64,000 nucleotides of DNA from IMG/VR virus record IMGVR_UViG_3300042261_001929, positions 13,902 through 77,901 of that record. One strand, given 5' to 3'. Positions 19,289 through 31,577 of the stretch are shown here, piece after piece. Below the pieces are notes generated by a model. It was given only the letters and a program-made list of their open reading frames with translations. It did not search any database and was not told the DNA's origin. This DNA is from a virus. A program made the translations under genes and the position numbers. Numbering within the stretch: position 1 is the stretch's first letter; every line of letters starts with the position of its first letter.

Positions 19289-19837
19289 ATGTTAACAGAA
19301 GAAGAACTTAAGAAAATCGCTACCGACATGAAATCTTCCTTGCAAGAGTTGTCTAAATCTAGTGTTGCTGATGTTTATAACAAAGCCGGAGACATCATTG
19401 TACGATCGGTAGCCGACAAGGCCATGAATAATGAAAAAACTAATGAACTCGGAGCTGAGGCATTGAAACTCTTGCCAGATATCATACCGGCGCTCAGTGC
19501 ATTGAGAAAAACCGGTCTAAATCTAGCCGAGGCAGCATCAAAACTTACGAAGGATTTAATCGAAGCGTTAGATACTGTTAATCTAACCAAAGAGAACCTT
19601 AAGCTTAGCATTCGCATAATAGACATCTTGACCGAAATGGTGAAAGAAGAACGGGCAAAAGCCAACTACTATGAAAGCACATTAAGCGACCTAAACATCA
19701 CGTTCATTCCGTGGGGATTGGCACAAAACGGATCTAATATCCCTGTCGATGATTGGTGGAGAAGGCACCGCGAAATTGCCGCTGAAGAAATAAATGTGCT
19801 ATTCGGAAAGAAGTATATAGATGAGATAACAAAATAA
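19289..19837 (+). CDS. Hypothetical helical protein
   Basis: 182 aa, GGAG RBS. Confidence 0.6.
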   Translation: MLTEEELKKIATDMKSSLQELSKSSVADVYNKAGDIIVRSVADKAMNNEKTNELGAEALKLLPDIIPALSALRKTGLNLAEAASKLTKDLIEALDTVNLTKENLKLSIRIIDILTEMVKEERAKANYYESTLSDLNITFIPWGLAQNGSNIPVDDWWRRHREIAAEEINVLFGKKYIDEITK

Positions 19838-19843
19838 ACTTTT

Positions 19844-20287
19844 TTGGAGGATACCTCAATGGAAACGCATGATCATAAGACTGTCAGCGTATTTAACCCT
19901 ATAAATAACGGTTTTGTGAATATCGATGAAGGTATTGTTGATCTGATCACAGCCCTTTGGGATAAAAATTTTGAGACAGTTTCGTGTTGTGAGGCCATCA
20001 ACAGGAACGAAAACGTGATGATCATATCTTTCATGGGGATATGCACGCTAAAAAGGTTGTTGAAGAAGCTACAGTATACGATTGCAAGCAGTACCAATCC
20101 AGAGATCATACAGTATTCATATAGTGATTATTTTATTAGTCGTATGTGTGGACTTCTCCAGCCAAGATGCGTTCGTCCGGCATGGAAATTTGTATTCTCT
20201 TTTACCAACTATGACATCATCTCAGTTGAGTTCCCAAAAGAAGACTACCAAACGTTCCTAACACTTGTAAAAGAAATGAAAAAATAG
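19844..20287 (+). CDS. Hypothetical protein (IDEGI..LI..L...TVSCCE motif; start possibly 19859)
   Basis: Co-oriented ORF; the motif resembles small conserved phage proteins. Confidence 0.55.
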   Translation: MEDTSMETHDHKTVSVFNPINNGFVNIDEGIVDLITALWDKNFETVSCCEAINRNENVMIISFMGICTLKRLLKKLQYTIASSTNPEIIQYSYSDYFISRMCGLLQPRCVRPAWKFVFSFTNYDIISVEFPKEDYQTFLTLVKEMKK

Positions 20288-20321
20288 AAAAATTTTTTAT
20301 CATTTTTTACTTAAAAAATAA

Positions 20322-21312
20322 TTATTGGTGACAGGATTCTTTCAGGCTAGCAATGTCCTTATTTACTTGCTCCAAGTTCATGCCCCCTTCGATCGCCAAT
20401 ACCCCAACAAACCTTTCTAACCTTTCCACATATTCTTTCAATTCTTCATACTGAATAAAAATCAGTGGTGTCTCTACATCAAGAGAGACCATTGCATCTC
20501 TTCTCAGATCTGCCTGTTCTTTGCTCGATAATTCATCAAATGTCCATGCTGAGCAATCAGGATTCTCATCCAAAAGATGAAGATACCCCGCCCGTTCATC
20601 AACCAATGCTGCCTTAACTTCTTCCAAATTATTCATATCCAACTTAAACACCTACATTACATAATATTTATTCAATCCAAGTTCACGAAACGCCAAATGA
20701 ATAGCCATCAATAATCCGGTATCGCTTTCTCTTGAATCAAAATTTCCGACGACCACAGTAATTTTATGCCCAAACTCTTCATTAACCTTCCAATCCAATC
20801 TACATTTTTTATGTTTTAGGCTTCGGCTAAAGGCATAGTACATCTTGATGCCATTAATAAAATCACGCTCTTCCTCATCCAATATCACAAAAATCACCAA
20901 AAAAGATAGTGCTGCCTTAAGAAATTTGCTTTAATGTGTATGTCAGCTTTCGGTTCATGGGTAGCACCACTGTAAATACTGCTTCCTCACATTTTGTGCC
21001 AACGTATGAAATGGACAGTATTGTGTTATCAAATAATACCTCGAATTTTTCATTCACATTGATTATGAACCCGACAGCCTCATAGATATCTTTCGCGGCT
21101 ACTACCATTGTTTCGTTCTGTGCTGGATCATATCCAAATGTGAATATTTGATTTCCAGCCCCATTCATTGCCTCACAGAGCGCAACGGATAGTATTTCCA
21201 TATTTTTTTCATCGGTTCGTATCGGAATGATAATCGTTTTTCCGCTAGACGTATCTAAGATAAATATCCTCTGAACTTTCTTTTCTTTGGAAGTGGCTAC
21301 TAATCCAGTCAT
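20322..21312 (-). CDS. Three small hypothetical genes (20322-20651, 20652-20900, 20917-21312)
   Basis: Tightly packed co-oriented ORFs. Confidence 0.5.
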
Positions 21313-21352
21313 AACAACACCTCAAAAATCTAAATAGAGTAGGGAGGAATCC

Positions 21353-22738
21353 CTACTCTTTCATCAGTCTTTCCCTTATCTCATCAAAGGTTATGGTCCT
21401 AACGATTTTGCCATTATCGAATACGGTTTCGAGTACATCCTCACCAACAGCATTCAGTGGCACGGTCTTGTATGTACCATCAACCTTGACGAGCTTCATC
21501 AAGCCTGCCTTAGACCTCTTTGCGCGGCTGGTAATTGGATCTTTGTATACATCTCTCCACTGACCATCCACCTTTGCAGCACAGCACTTAAAGGCGAACT
21601 GCATCGTATCCCGATTCAATTTCTGTAACAGCGCGCCGCCCATGCCAAACGCGATATTATCAATGCTCCAACCAGCGTGCTTCATGGCACCCAATATAGC
21701 ATTGATGAGATCCTTGTCTACACCATCACCTTGAATTAAGCGAACGTGCGGATCAAGCACCTTGTAACCCTTATCATTTACAGTGAAACCAAACTTTTCA
21801 CCCAAAGTTTCCAAGCAGGTCATCACAACTTCCAATGGGTTACCACTATCAGGACGAACCACGAGTGTGCCATTACGATTCATGACATCATTCTTCAACG
21901 CGCCGCCCCAGATGTCGCGGCATGCCGCGAATATATCCCATGTATCGGACACACAAGCAATTACACCATTCGGGTACTTCTGCAACATATTTCTCATTGC
22001 ATCGGTTTGGCCATCTCTGAGCCACGCGCTCATTGTGGAATGCTCAGACGCTGGAATAGAGAAGCCCGCCATCTTGGCACCATAGTATTCCCTTGCCATC
22101 CTAAGAGCCGTCATTGTATCCGTGCCTAAGAAGCTCAGCAGGTGAGCAGAACCACCGATAGCAGCGGACTCTACAGAGGAAACACCCCTAAAGCCGAAGT
22201 CATGCAGCTTGAATGGTACACCACCCTTATCGCCGGTCTCCTCAGCATACCAGTCCATGAGCCTTCTTATCTCATAGCTCTGAGTCGCTACCGTACATGG
22301 ATACCACAATTGTACAAGTATGGTCTCCAGCCAAGATGTCAGCCACGGAACTCTTGGATCAGTATTTTCGACAGTCATGAGCACATTCTGTACTGGAATC
22401 TTGGAACCTTCAGGTACCGCTCTGATCTGTACAGGGAGAGCACCATTATATTCATCTAAGATGTACTCCCAACCCTCGCGATTGAAGACACCCTGACCCA
22501 TATGAGCTGTGACTATTTCGTCACCCTCATCAATCTTCTTCTGAGTCACAGCCTTACCAGCAAGGTACTTCTCCAGAATATACTGGAGGCCATAGAACAC
22601 CGTGTAAGGTGCCCATCTACCACTTCTTGCCTCAAAATAAGAAGCAACGAACTGAGTACCCGCTGGATAAAGCGGTGCATGGGAATGCTTATAACTGTCG
22701 GTCAAGTCCAATACAAACTCGTTGTTTTCTTTCATCAT
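21353..22738 (-). CDS. nadV: Nicotinamide phosphoribosyltransferase (NAMPT)
   Basis: TDSYKHSH, LHDFGFRGVSS, SIPASEHS, CVSDTWD, RPDSG, LIQGDG, FGMGGALLQ. Confidence 0.95.
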   Translation of the reverse strand: MMKENNEFVLDLTDSYKHSHAPLYPAGTQFVASYFEARSGRWAPYTVFYGLQYILEKYLAGKAVTQKKIDEGDEIVTAHMGQGVFNREGWEYILDEYNGALPVQIRAVPEGSKIPVQNVLMTVENTDPRVPWLTSWLETILVQLWYPCTVATQSYEIRRLMDWYAEETGDKGGVPFKLHDFGFRGVSSVESAAIGGSAHLLSFLGTDTMTALRMAREYYGAKMAGFSIPASEHSTMSAWLRDGQTDAMRNMLQKYPNGVIACVSDTWDIFAACRDIWGGALKNDVMNRNGTLVVRPDSGNPLEVVMTCLETLGEKFGFTVNDKGYKVLDPHVRLIQGDGVDKDLINAILGAMKHAGWSIDNIAFGMGGALLQKLNRDTMQFAFKCCAAKVDGQWRDVYKDPITSRAKRSKAGLMKLVKVDGTYKTVPLNAVGEDVLETVFDNGKIVRTITFDEIRERLMKE

Positions 22739-22744
22739 TTTTTT

Positions 22745-24409
22745 TCACTCCTTTATATCATAGAACTTTTTGTATGCTGTTTTGTCTATCAATTCCAATC
22801 GCTTAACTTTTCCGGATTCGATGTCTTTGAAGGATATACCACATCCTCCGGCATCCCCGCCTTTTACTTTTCTCCAGAGACCAATTATTGCATACTCATT
22901 AGATCGATCTCCTTTTATAATTTCGTCGATTCTTACATAGTCAAAGTATCCATCTCTGCGAATACATTTGACAATATCGCCTATTTTGACAGCGAAAATG
23001 CCAATCGTTGGACCGCTCAGATTCAATTCCATGTATGCATCCTCATATGATATACCCCCATATAGGACAGCCTACTATTTAGTTATTTCGGTCGGAGATC
23101 CAATATCATTTTTGGATCTTCAAGTGGATTGCGGCAGCGAACGGCATCGGGCTCCTTGTAATTTTCCAACGCCTTCACTATCATGGTCAATCGGTCCCTA
23201 AGTTCTGCTTCGATCTCGCGAATATCATCCTTCTCATAGTCAATCGTCTTCGCGAACTCTACATACACGAATCTCTGATCACTATAATCAGGCTTCTCAA
23301 TTTCCCAGTTAAAGAACCACTTAAATGGGCCTTTCGTCGCGCGAAATATACCTCTGTAGTCCCAATCATAATAGACGTATCTTTTCACGCTAGGCACAGC
23401 TTCCATTATGATTATATCAGTCGCGAATGACAAACTGTGGTTTCTACCATCTATATATACCTCAGATGGGTCGTCCGTGTGCGCTATTCTTCTCCTGTTG
23501 ATTTCTACCTTCATTCCAACACCAACCCTTATTAATCCAATTTAATAATATTGTCGGGAAAAAGATCTTAATCCACTTTTTTTCATTTTCGAACATTCTG
23601 GTCCTTTTCCACAAGCTCACACAACTGCCTTAGCCTTAAGAGACAGTTATGTGCTTCGTTGTTTGTGATGTCTTTTCCAACACCCTCATCATGAAGATGT
23701 CCATTTGGGTCAAATTTGGCTATAAATTCCGCAAACAGTCCAACGATTATTGCATCTTTAGGCTGTACCAAAGATTTGATCTTAGCAAGCAATCCCTTTG
23801 ACATTTTTAATCCTCCGCTATATAAATACTTGGATATCTACGCGACAGTTCTTTTTCCGCCTCACTTTCTTTCCTCATTCTTTCGTGTCCCCCAAGATTG
23901 GACCACGAACATACTCCTTTGCCAAGTCCGTCCTCATAATAGCGACTTTTTGCGGTGGCCTTGATCAATTCATCTCTAAGAATCCAGAAATTTTCTACCA
24001 GATATTTTATATCTTTGGTGACGTACATTGTCAATCCTTCTATTGAGCAATTCGGTCTTTGAAGAGATTTTGATACTGTCTCCTTAAATGTCCTAAGTTC
24101 TTCCACCTCAGAGACCGCCGCCACCGCGATTTCAAGAGCATCCCTGAGCATCGTATATTGCTCAGGTGGATAGTTTTGTCGAATTGTTTCAATAGCCTCT
24201 TTACCATCCATTTTTATCTACCGCCTGTTTTTTTCTAGGGCAAAATTCAATATGTCTATAGTCGCCTTTTGAGAATCAATGTGTTCCAAAATTTCTGGAA
24301 GCTTCTCAACAACCCAATTAGCTTCGTTAATTGTCATGCACCTTATATTGATGCCTCTTAGTTTTTCCAATGTCTTATTATCCATCATTTTTACACCTCT
24401 CGCTACCAT
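22745..24409 (-). CDS. Run of small hypothetical genes (22745-23032, 23083-23514, 23583-23804, 23807-24211, 24218-24409)
   Basis: Co-oriented, closely spaced ORFs; no recognisable motifs. Confidence 0.5.
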
Positions 24410-24484
24410 TGGTATTCGTTATCCTATTAATACTTTACGATTCAGACAAATACCACAGCATTTAAATAGAATAACAAAAAACAC

Positions 24485-26286
24485 ATGCACATGGACGAAA
24501 ATAAACAATCCGAAATTTCACCAACAATCTTTGATGAAATGCTTGTCAGCCAACCACTTTTTGAAGAGCTATTTCCATTCGTGGCGGACTACGTACTAAC
24601 TGCGTGGAGAGAACACCCAAGAATGCCAGATAGTCTACTTGAAGAGCTGGTTATGAGAAGAATAGAAACCAATACTGAATGTATAGAGATTTATTTAATG
24701 GATCGACTGCTTGAAGAAGAGGGATAAAAATGGTTTTGGTTGAAGCTATAACGATAACGGTCATAATTGTCATCTATGCGTTATTACTTGTTATTCCATT
24801 CTTTGCCATAATGGGGCTACTTGGTGACGACCTCGTATCGCTATTCATTTATTTCATTTGGGTAATATTTATAACTATATATTATTTCATGTGGTTATCA
24901 GAATCGACATATGCATATTTGCTTATATAACCTTTTTTCAACTTTTTTTATAAAACATTTCCCATATAACGGTACTGGTTCCCTCTTATTGTAATAGTAA
25001 CAAGGTCACCCTCGCGATAACTATCATAGACAATTCTGGGTACCTGCTCTATATCATAAAATCGGTCAGACCCAACTAATACAAAATGTAGTGTTCCACC
25101 GTCATCCATGTACTTTTTTTCAATATAACCAGTAACAGGATGCCGATTTATGTCTCTCGGAATCACAATAAAAACTATTAGAAAAACCAGAAAAATAACA
25201 ACTAACTTACGAAATAATTTCATTTTCGCACTCCAAACATGCCGCAAAACACCAGTGTCGGGCGATACAATACTTACAGCATAGATCGCCCATTCGCCAG
25301 CAGGTGTTATGTTCGCGGCACTTTCCTACTTTCTCTTCCACAGATACAATAACACGCCCACTAACGGGAACAGAAAGGTCAATACTGCCCAAAACACTGC
25401 ATTCATATTCCTCTTTACTGCATCAGCATACACGGCATAGGTTACAGCCAGTAATACTACAAATGATACCAGTTCTATAATTCCTGACATATTTTATCAA
25501 TACTCCTGTTTTGCGTAAAAACAGACCAATACCTTTAAATACCAACAGGTATATAAGCCTTTCTATTAAAAAAGGAGTGATTCATTTGGGAAAAAGATGT
25601 GAAATATGTAACCGGTATCATGCAGATCCAATGCCACCGGTATGTACAAAATGTGGAAACCATTTTGGGGTTACCGTTATTCTCAGGTTGCACCTCACCG
25701 GACCACATTATGTAGAATTTCTTAACAGATGGGGTATATAAATGGCTGATAATGATTTTTCAATGACATTCCCGTTGCTTCTGATATTTATACTTTCGGC
25801 TTATGGTGTCCTAACTCTATCAATGATTTCATATGATAGTAGTCACATTCAAAAATACACTGTTGAAATAAAAACAACAGTGAACCCTACACAGACAACC
25901 GACTTAGGCAACACTATATTTACAGTTACCAATATCGACAAACCCGAATATATTGTTTATGCTATCTGTTCTTCTGCGGAGCTAACTCTCTCCAATCCCA
26001 CAGAAAGTGAGCGCAGATGGGTAGAAACATTAAAAATTGGTGATCGTATAAGACTAAATTCTACAACACAGTCTTGGGAGACAGTATGAAAAACAAAATA
26101 CCTTTTTTACTTAAAGCCCTTGTAATATGGATACTTGCAGCATATTGTACGTCACTATTCTCCGATTTCTCATTCCAAGAGATATTTGTAAAGGTAGGTT
26201 TCGTGATGTTGGCAATTGTTATTGAAATTATCATAATAATATCCACATTGATTTACGGAACACGCCACCACAAATACGAAGAGTAA
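24485..26286. CDS. Cluster of small, mostly membrane-associated hypothetical genes on both strands
   Basis: 24485-24727+, 24730-24930+, 24948-25247-, 25742-26089+, 26074-26286+; several have hydrophobic segments. Confidence 0.45.
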
Positions 26287-26478
26287 TGCGGGGCTATACT
26301 AATATATCAAACCTACAATATACTTTAAAAAATAAAAATCAGTGATCCTTTTTTATTTTTTGCTCTTCAATTTCGATATCACCAATTGTTGAGACAATGA
26401 TATCCAGTTCTGAATGGTCCCTAATTTCACCACCATCCAGTTCAATATTTTTTAAATCAAATCCTCTCTTACTCATAT

Positions 26479-27502
26479 TTAGTACCTCAACAGCGCACCG
26501 ATTCCACCAAAAATTTTCTCTAATTGAGCGCCTTCCTCAAAACCAGAGTCGATGTACTCTATTTTTGTACCATAGGCAACAGATTCGTTTTCTAATCCTT
26601 TATCTACATTTGATAACAAAAGCGTGTCAACTTTTCCATTTCTCAGCTCTTCCAAGACATTTTTCCCATAAGAAACGCGATCATCATTAGCTAGCCGTCT
26701 GAAAAACGTGCTCATAAGCTTCCTTTGTTTAACTAGCTCTGATTCAGCAAGCAACTCTCCAGCATTACCAATAGTCTCTTTAATGCCCTGAACACCAACA
26801 TAACCGGTATCAATAACACCAAGAATCTTCTTGCGCAGCTCGTGATGTAAGTATTCACCAAGATAAAACTCATTCTTAGTAAGTCCAGGACCACTGATTA
26901 TAATACCAGCAAGATCCTCATCCAAAAGAACTTTATCAATTTTTTCCGCAGAGGATTTATACCACGCGATGATAGCAAGATCCCTATTTTTATCAAATCT
27001 CCTTTGGGACTGTCCACCCCTATCTTGTTTTGATGGAACAATGCTATCTTCATGCAATTTGGTCTCTACATGAACACCTTGTAAAATCGCGAGGTCCATT
27101 TCGTGCAAATCAATGCATACAATAGCATATTTTACACCCTTGTCAATCATGCTATCAATTGGAGAAAAATCAAACTTGCTTCCGCATCGATAAATTATAC
27201 TCGATAATGGCTTTGGAACCTCAATAATTTCCGATATCCAACCATCAGATGTAGGCCCAACAAATATAACCACGTCTCCAGAGGCCATTTTTAGCCTCTC
27301 TAAGGCACTTTTTATTCCGGATGTAACAGAGTTCCTAGTGACCCTAGATTTTATGTTTGAAGCCTTACCAAGCTCATCTCTGAGCATCCCAGATGCTTCG
27401 GGAACCTTTCCATTAGGTACGTATAGGCTGATCAGTTCTGTGCCCGACCCCTTCAAATTTCGCAGTCCGTCAAAGACAGTATTTCTTAGTTTCTGATATC
27501 AT
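26479..27502 (-). CDS. prf1: Archaeal-type peptide chain release factor aRF1, probably needing a +1 frameshift at codon 10/11
   Basis: GTELISLY, ASNIKS, YRCGSKF, GGQS, FGGIGALLRY. RBS GAGGTG plus ATG at 27502 opens a frame that stops at CTT-TGA-C (27475-27469); the main frame is +1. Confidence 0.9.
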
Positions 27503-27645
27503 TACACACACCTCTGTTGTCGATTATTATCTCAAGTCCGTCTAAACTATTTGATCCATTTTTATATGGAATCCGAATATCCTTGATAAATGATGATCCA
27601 AACATATTATCCTCTAAAAATATGTACAGCCATTCTTAGGCTGCA

Positions 27646-28400
27646 TTACTCATCTATTGTTGTACTTTGCTGGCTACTGGTGCCCGCGTCCGCCTTCACT
27701 TTTGCTGCAATGAGTCCCATAAAAATTGGTAGACGTTGATTGATGCTGTCTAGTGATTTAGCATCCTTACAATAGTTCGTCATGGATACAAATCCAACCA
27801 ATGTATATTCCATGATAACGTTCTCATCCCCATCACAGACAGCAATTTTAATCTTATTTGTGTCGGCAGGCTTTATCAAGTAGATAAAGTACGTTATGTT
27901 CTTTTCAACAATGCTGAATACTGATGTAGTATCCATAAAACTTATCCCAATTGGGACGACTTTTTCCCAACGCTCTACAGAGTTCACTAAACGACTTAGT
28001 GATACTTCTCTTTCGCTTTGATCAGTGTTAAACATAGCCGAATCCTCAGCTTCTCGCACTTCAGCCAATATCTTTTCAGTGTCTTCTATCATATATATTG
28101 CTCCATAAATCTGGATCTGATTTTTTGAATATCATCAAGAACATGCTCTTCGGCATATTTCTTTACCGCTGCTTTATATCTAGCTTTGTCCTCTTCATCA
28201 TCACGATAATATCCCCGGATGTCATTGTTCTTGGTGTAATAGGCATACAACAATTTTGCATAGGCCCTTTCTATATATTCCAACATGTCAGCCATGTCGT
28301 CCGCTACGTCAGGAAGCTCACAGCGATATCCCTCACCACACGCTCCCTCGAATCCGAGGGATCTTGCCTCTTTTACCAGAGGATTTTCCGGAATTTCCAT
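27646..28400 (-). CDS. Two hypothetical genes (27646-28092, 28089-28400)
   Basis: Coupled ORFs with overlapping start/stop. Confidence 0.55.
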
Positions 28401-28404
28401 ATAC

Positions 28405-28947
28405 CTAACATGCCTCCATTTTGTTTATTATATCAAATCCCTTTATGTATTCATCCCGCATTTTATTTCCATTTCTTAATATGTATGCTGGATGGTACAT
28501 TGGAATACAGTCTATTCCTGCCCATTTAAATACTTTTCCATTTGCAAGAGATATCCTTTCAGTGGGAAAGAAGTACTTAAGGGCGATTGCGCCCAGCAAA
28601 ACGATACGCTTGGGCTTCATCTCAGATATCTGATTCAATAACCACATTTCACATGTTTGTATTTCTTCATGTGTGGGTGCGCGATTGTCTGGCGGATGGC
28701 ATTTAACCATATTAGTAATAATATAATTATCAATATTATTTTTTTCCAAGCATTCATCAAGGAGCTTCCCACTCCTCCCGCAAAAAGGAATGCCCTGCTT
28801 CATCTCCTCAAATCCAGGGGCCTCACCAATGATCATAATATAAGGTGATCCCTTCCCTCGCGACACAACCACTTTTCCATTTTCTTTATCACGATTTCCC
28901 GACAAACTACAGTATCGGCAAGCCTGAATCATCTCCGTTAAATTCAT
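28405..28947 (-). CDS. udg: Uracil-DNA glycosylase, family 4 (Fe-S)
   Basis: CRYCSL, IGEAPGFEE, PFCGRSGKLL, KCHPPDNRAP, YHPAY. Start reset to ATG 28947. Confidence 0.92.
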   Translation of the reverse strand: MNLTEMIQACRYCSLSGNRDKENGKVVVSRGKGSPYIMIIGEAPGFEEMKQGIPFCGRSGKLLDECLEKNNIDNYIITNMVKCHPPDNRAPTHEEIQTCEMWLLNQISEMKPKRIVLLGAIALKYFFPTERISLANGKVFKWAGIDCIPMYHPAYILRNGNKMRDEYIKGFDIINKMEAC

Positions 28948-29578
28948 GAGAAACCCACTACAGACGTTGATATAAAATATCCAGATATTGCCCCACCATA
29001 ATACAATATCGTAAAATATGTATCGCTCTTGTTTCCGGTATGCCTGTCGATCAAATGACCCCCAAGCCCACCAATAAAAGCACATCCCAATATAATAACA
29101 AACATTGATACTAATCGACCAATCGTCTCATATCCATTCATACACATTCACCTCATTGATGCCACTGTCATAACCATATAGTATATGGACAAAGCTGCAC
29201 ATACGATCCCACCAATTATATAGAGCGGTTTATAGAATATTCCCTTGTTCTTCTCTTTCTTCAATAACGTGTCAATGGTAATCCCAATAGCCCCACCGAT
29301 GACCATTCCGATTAGTCCGGACACCATCACAATTATTGTAGCACCGAGGGTATAAACCAGCTTCATAGCCATTGTCATCATATTGATCCACCTTTTGATA
29401 TAAAATTATAAAACATCATTACAAGTCCCACGATTGCTCCCACGACACTAAGTATCACAGACAATTTGTTCTCTGCATGCAATATTTCACGATCTAAAAT
29501 CATTCCGAATATTTGTCCTGTGCATCCACATATAAATGCGAACAATAATATTATACCTAGTTGAAACAATGTTATCAT
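28944..29578 (-). CDS. Three small two-TM membrane proteins (28944-29147, 29148-29381, 29378-29578)
   Basis: Gly-rich hydrophobic helix pairs; coupled ORFs of similar architecture. Confidence 0.55.
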
Positions 29579-29582
29579 GGAT

Positions 29583-30125
29583 CTACCCCATTTTGTCTAA
29601 GTCGTTTGCCTTTATAAATGCTTCGATCAAAGGATCGCCATAATAAACTAGATCAAAATAACTTGATCCACTACAATAATACCACAAATATGCATCCTCA
29701 TCTCCGACATCAATTTCCATCAGCCTAGCTAACGTACCTGAGCATGATCGCGAGCCCCATACATTTTCATAACATTCTCCAGCTATCAATAGTCCGACAT
29801 CGCGAGCACTATATTCACTGACCAACTTTAATACGTTTGCGTGCCTTCTTCTTAACTCATCTAGAGAAAAGTCACATATATGTGGCAAATTATTATGTGT
29901 GTTATTATAATTATCCCAGAATATACTAGCCTGTCTTCCGATCTTATTCCATTCCCTAACAGCCTTATGACATTCATCACACAGCAAAGATTTTTTCCAA
30001 AAAAGTACCTTCTTGTTTACATGAGGAATTCCTTCGATTTCTTCTTCACAGATATCGCATTTATCCCAATGCCCAAATATCATAGTAAAAACCCATGTCC
30101 CCACATCATATATGATCGATAACAC
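29583..30125 (-). CDS. Hypothetical protein with CxxC pairs
   Basis: CDIC...CDEC. Confidence 0.5.
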   Translation of the reverse strand: MLSIIYDVGTWVFTMIFGHWDKCDICEEEIEGIPHVNKKVLFWKKSLLCDECHKAVREWNKIGRQASIFWDNYNNTHNNLPHICDFSLDELRRRHANVLKLVSEYSARDVGLLIAGECYENVWGSRSCSGTLARLMEIDVGDEDAYLWYYCSGSSYFDLVYYGDPLIEAFIKANDLDKMG

Positions 30126-30247
30126 ATATCACATGTCACAACAACATCCCCCAAAATGCTATGATTTATATGCGGATGTTTTGCAATCCGTGTCTTGCAC
30201 ATCTTACATTTAAAGAACAGCTTCACATTATCACCAAAAAAATGAAA

Positions 30248-31477
30248 TTAGTTGGTTACTTCAACTATGACATCAGTGAAGTACTTACCATTCTCAGCAA
30301 ACCTCACTTGCCATTTGTTTGAACCAACTTTAAGTAAAAAAATCGTCCTCATTTTATTCATATTCATGACCCTATCAGTATAAAGAGTCTTGTTATCCTT
30401 TGTATTGAACGCTAACCTTATCTGATCGCCCTTGTTAAAACCGTTCTGCATCCAAGTAGCACTTGGTGATACATTAAACATCCTAGTTTTTATAGGAGTT
30501 ACCATATCAATGGACGCTATATTGTTCCCAGCTTTTAGTGCCGTGATCTTCGCGCTCACGTTGCCTGACTTTGTAAGAATTATTACATCATCACTTGGTT
30601 TAACAACCGGTGGCGTGGGAGGTACGGGCGGTACAGGTGGCTCTATTGTCTTATCCGCTACAATTCCATAGTATCCGTATGATCCAAATCCAGTGTCGGC
30701 TGTATACGAAATTCGGAACCACCCTGATTCTCCCCAGCTCTTACCCCAACTATTTTTGCAAATCCAGTACTTCTCGGCATCATTCCATCCTACAATAGCA
30801 ACAGCATGATTCCCGACATATCCACCATACTCAGCCGTGTAGATGCCCCTCTCATAATTAAAGAAGTCTTCATATACCTGCATGCCGGTAATTACCGGCC
30901 CCTTTGTCACAATCCAGTTTTTAACTTCATCAATGGATGACAACTGCTTGTATGCACCAACCTTAGTTAATTGTGTGCTATACTTTGCACATTTTGCTTC
31001 ATCTGTTAAATAGGGATAGCATGATTCATTGCATACACCATATTTCACAAGGGCCTTAAGTGCTGGTTCAAATGTCCATCCAATAGCACAGTTTCCGCCT
31101 CTGGAAAACAAATCCCACTCACTTAAATCTAGATTAAGAGATGAGCTATTCCCATACACTTCCTTTGTACTCTCTGTTGCTGCTATTATAGCAAATGCAA
31201 CACATGCCCCGCACCCTTCCTGACTCCTTATTCCCGTCGCAAAATTCTTCCCATTTACATCCCTAAGATCGTACTTGACCGGATTCGAATATGAGATACC
31301 AGAAGACATCATTGGCGTCTCGACAGTTGTTTGATTATCTGCCAACCCAAGCATTCCCCTCATCTCAGATAGTGTCATTTCAGAGACTCTGTTTGGGGCC
31401 TCGCTCCAAGATTTGTCGGCTGATATCGGAAATACCAGAATCGACAAAAGTAAAAAAACAGCTAATATTCTTTTCAT
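30248..31477 (-). CDS. Secreted papain-like (C1A) cysteine protease with a Pro-rich linker and C-terminal domain
   Basis: Signal peptide; QEGCGACVAF, GNHAV, KNSWG..WGESGWFRI. Confidence 0.9.
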   Translation of the reverse strand: MKRILAVFLLLSILVFPISADKSWSEAPNRVSEMTLSEMRGMLGLADNQTTVETPMMSSGISYSNPVKYDLRDVNGKNFATGIRSQEGCGACVAFAIIAATESTKEVYGNSSSLNLDLSEWDLFSRGGNCAIGWTFEPALKALVKYGVCNESCYPYLTDEAKCAKYSTQLTKVGAYKQLSSIDEVKNWIVTKGPVITGMQVYEDFFNYERGIYTAEYGGYVGNHAVAIVGWNDAEKYWICKNSWGKSWGESGWFRISYTADTGFGSYGYYGIVADKTIEPPVPPVPPTPPVVKPSDDVIILTKSGNVSAKITALKAGNNIASIDMVTPIKTRMFNVSPSATWMQNGFNKGDQIRLAFNTKDNKTLYTDRVMNMNKMRTIFLLKVGSNKWQVRFAENGKYFTDVIVEVTN

Positions 31478-31500
31478 CGTACCTCAAATCAACGATATGA

Positions 31501-31537
31501 TATATAAATGTTTCGGTAAAATCGAAGGTTATAAATA
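31501..31537. promoter_or_regulatory. Divergent pair of BRE/TATA promoters
   Basis: CCGAAACATTTATATA on the minus strand and CGAAGGTTATAAATA on the plus strand. Confidence 0.65.
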
Positions 31538-31577
31538 CTATAATCACTACCATACTGGTATACTAAGGTGATGAAAT

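Noticed and set aside
26479-27456. TTG start for aRF1 given by the ORF track
   Set aside because: No RBS at a suitable distance and it removes the conserved first helix; the RBS-backed ATG at 27502 fits better.
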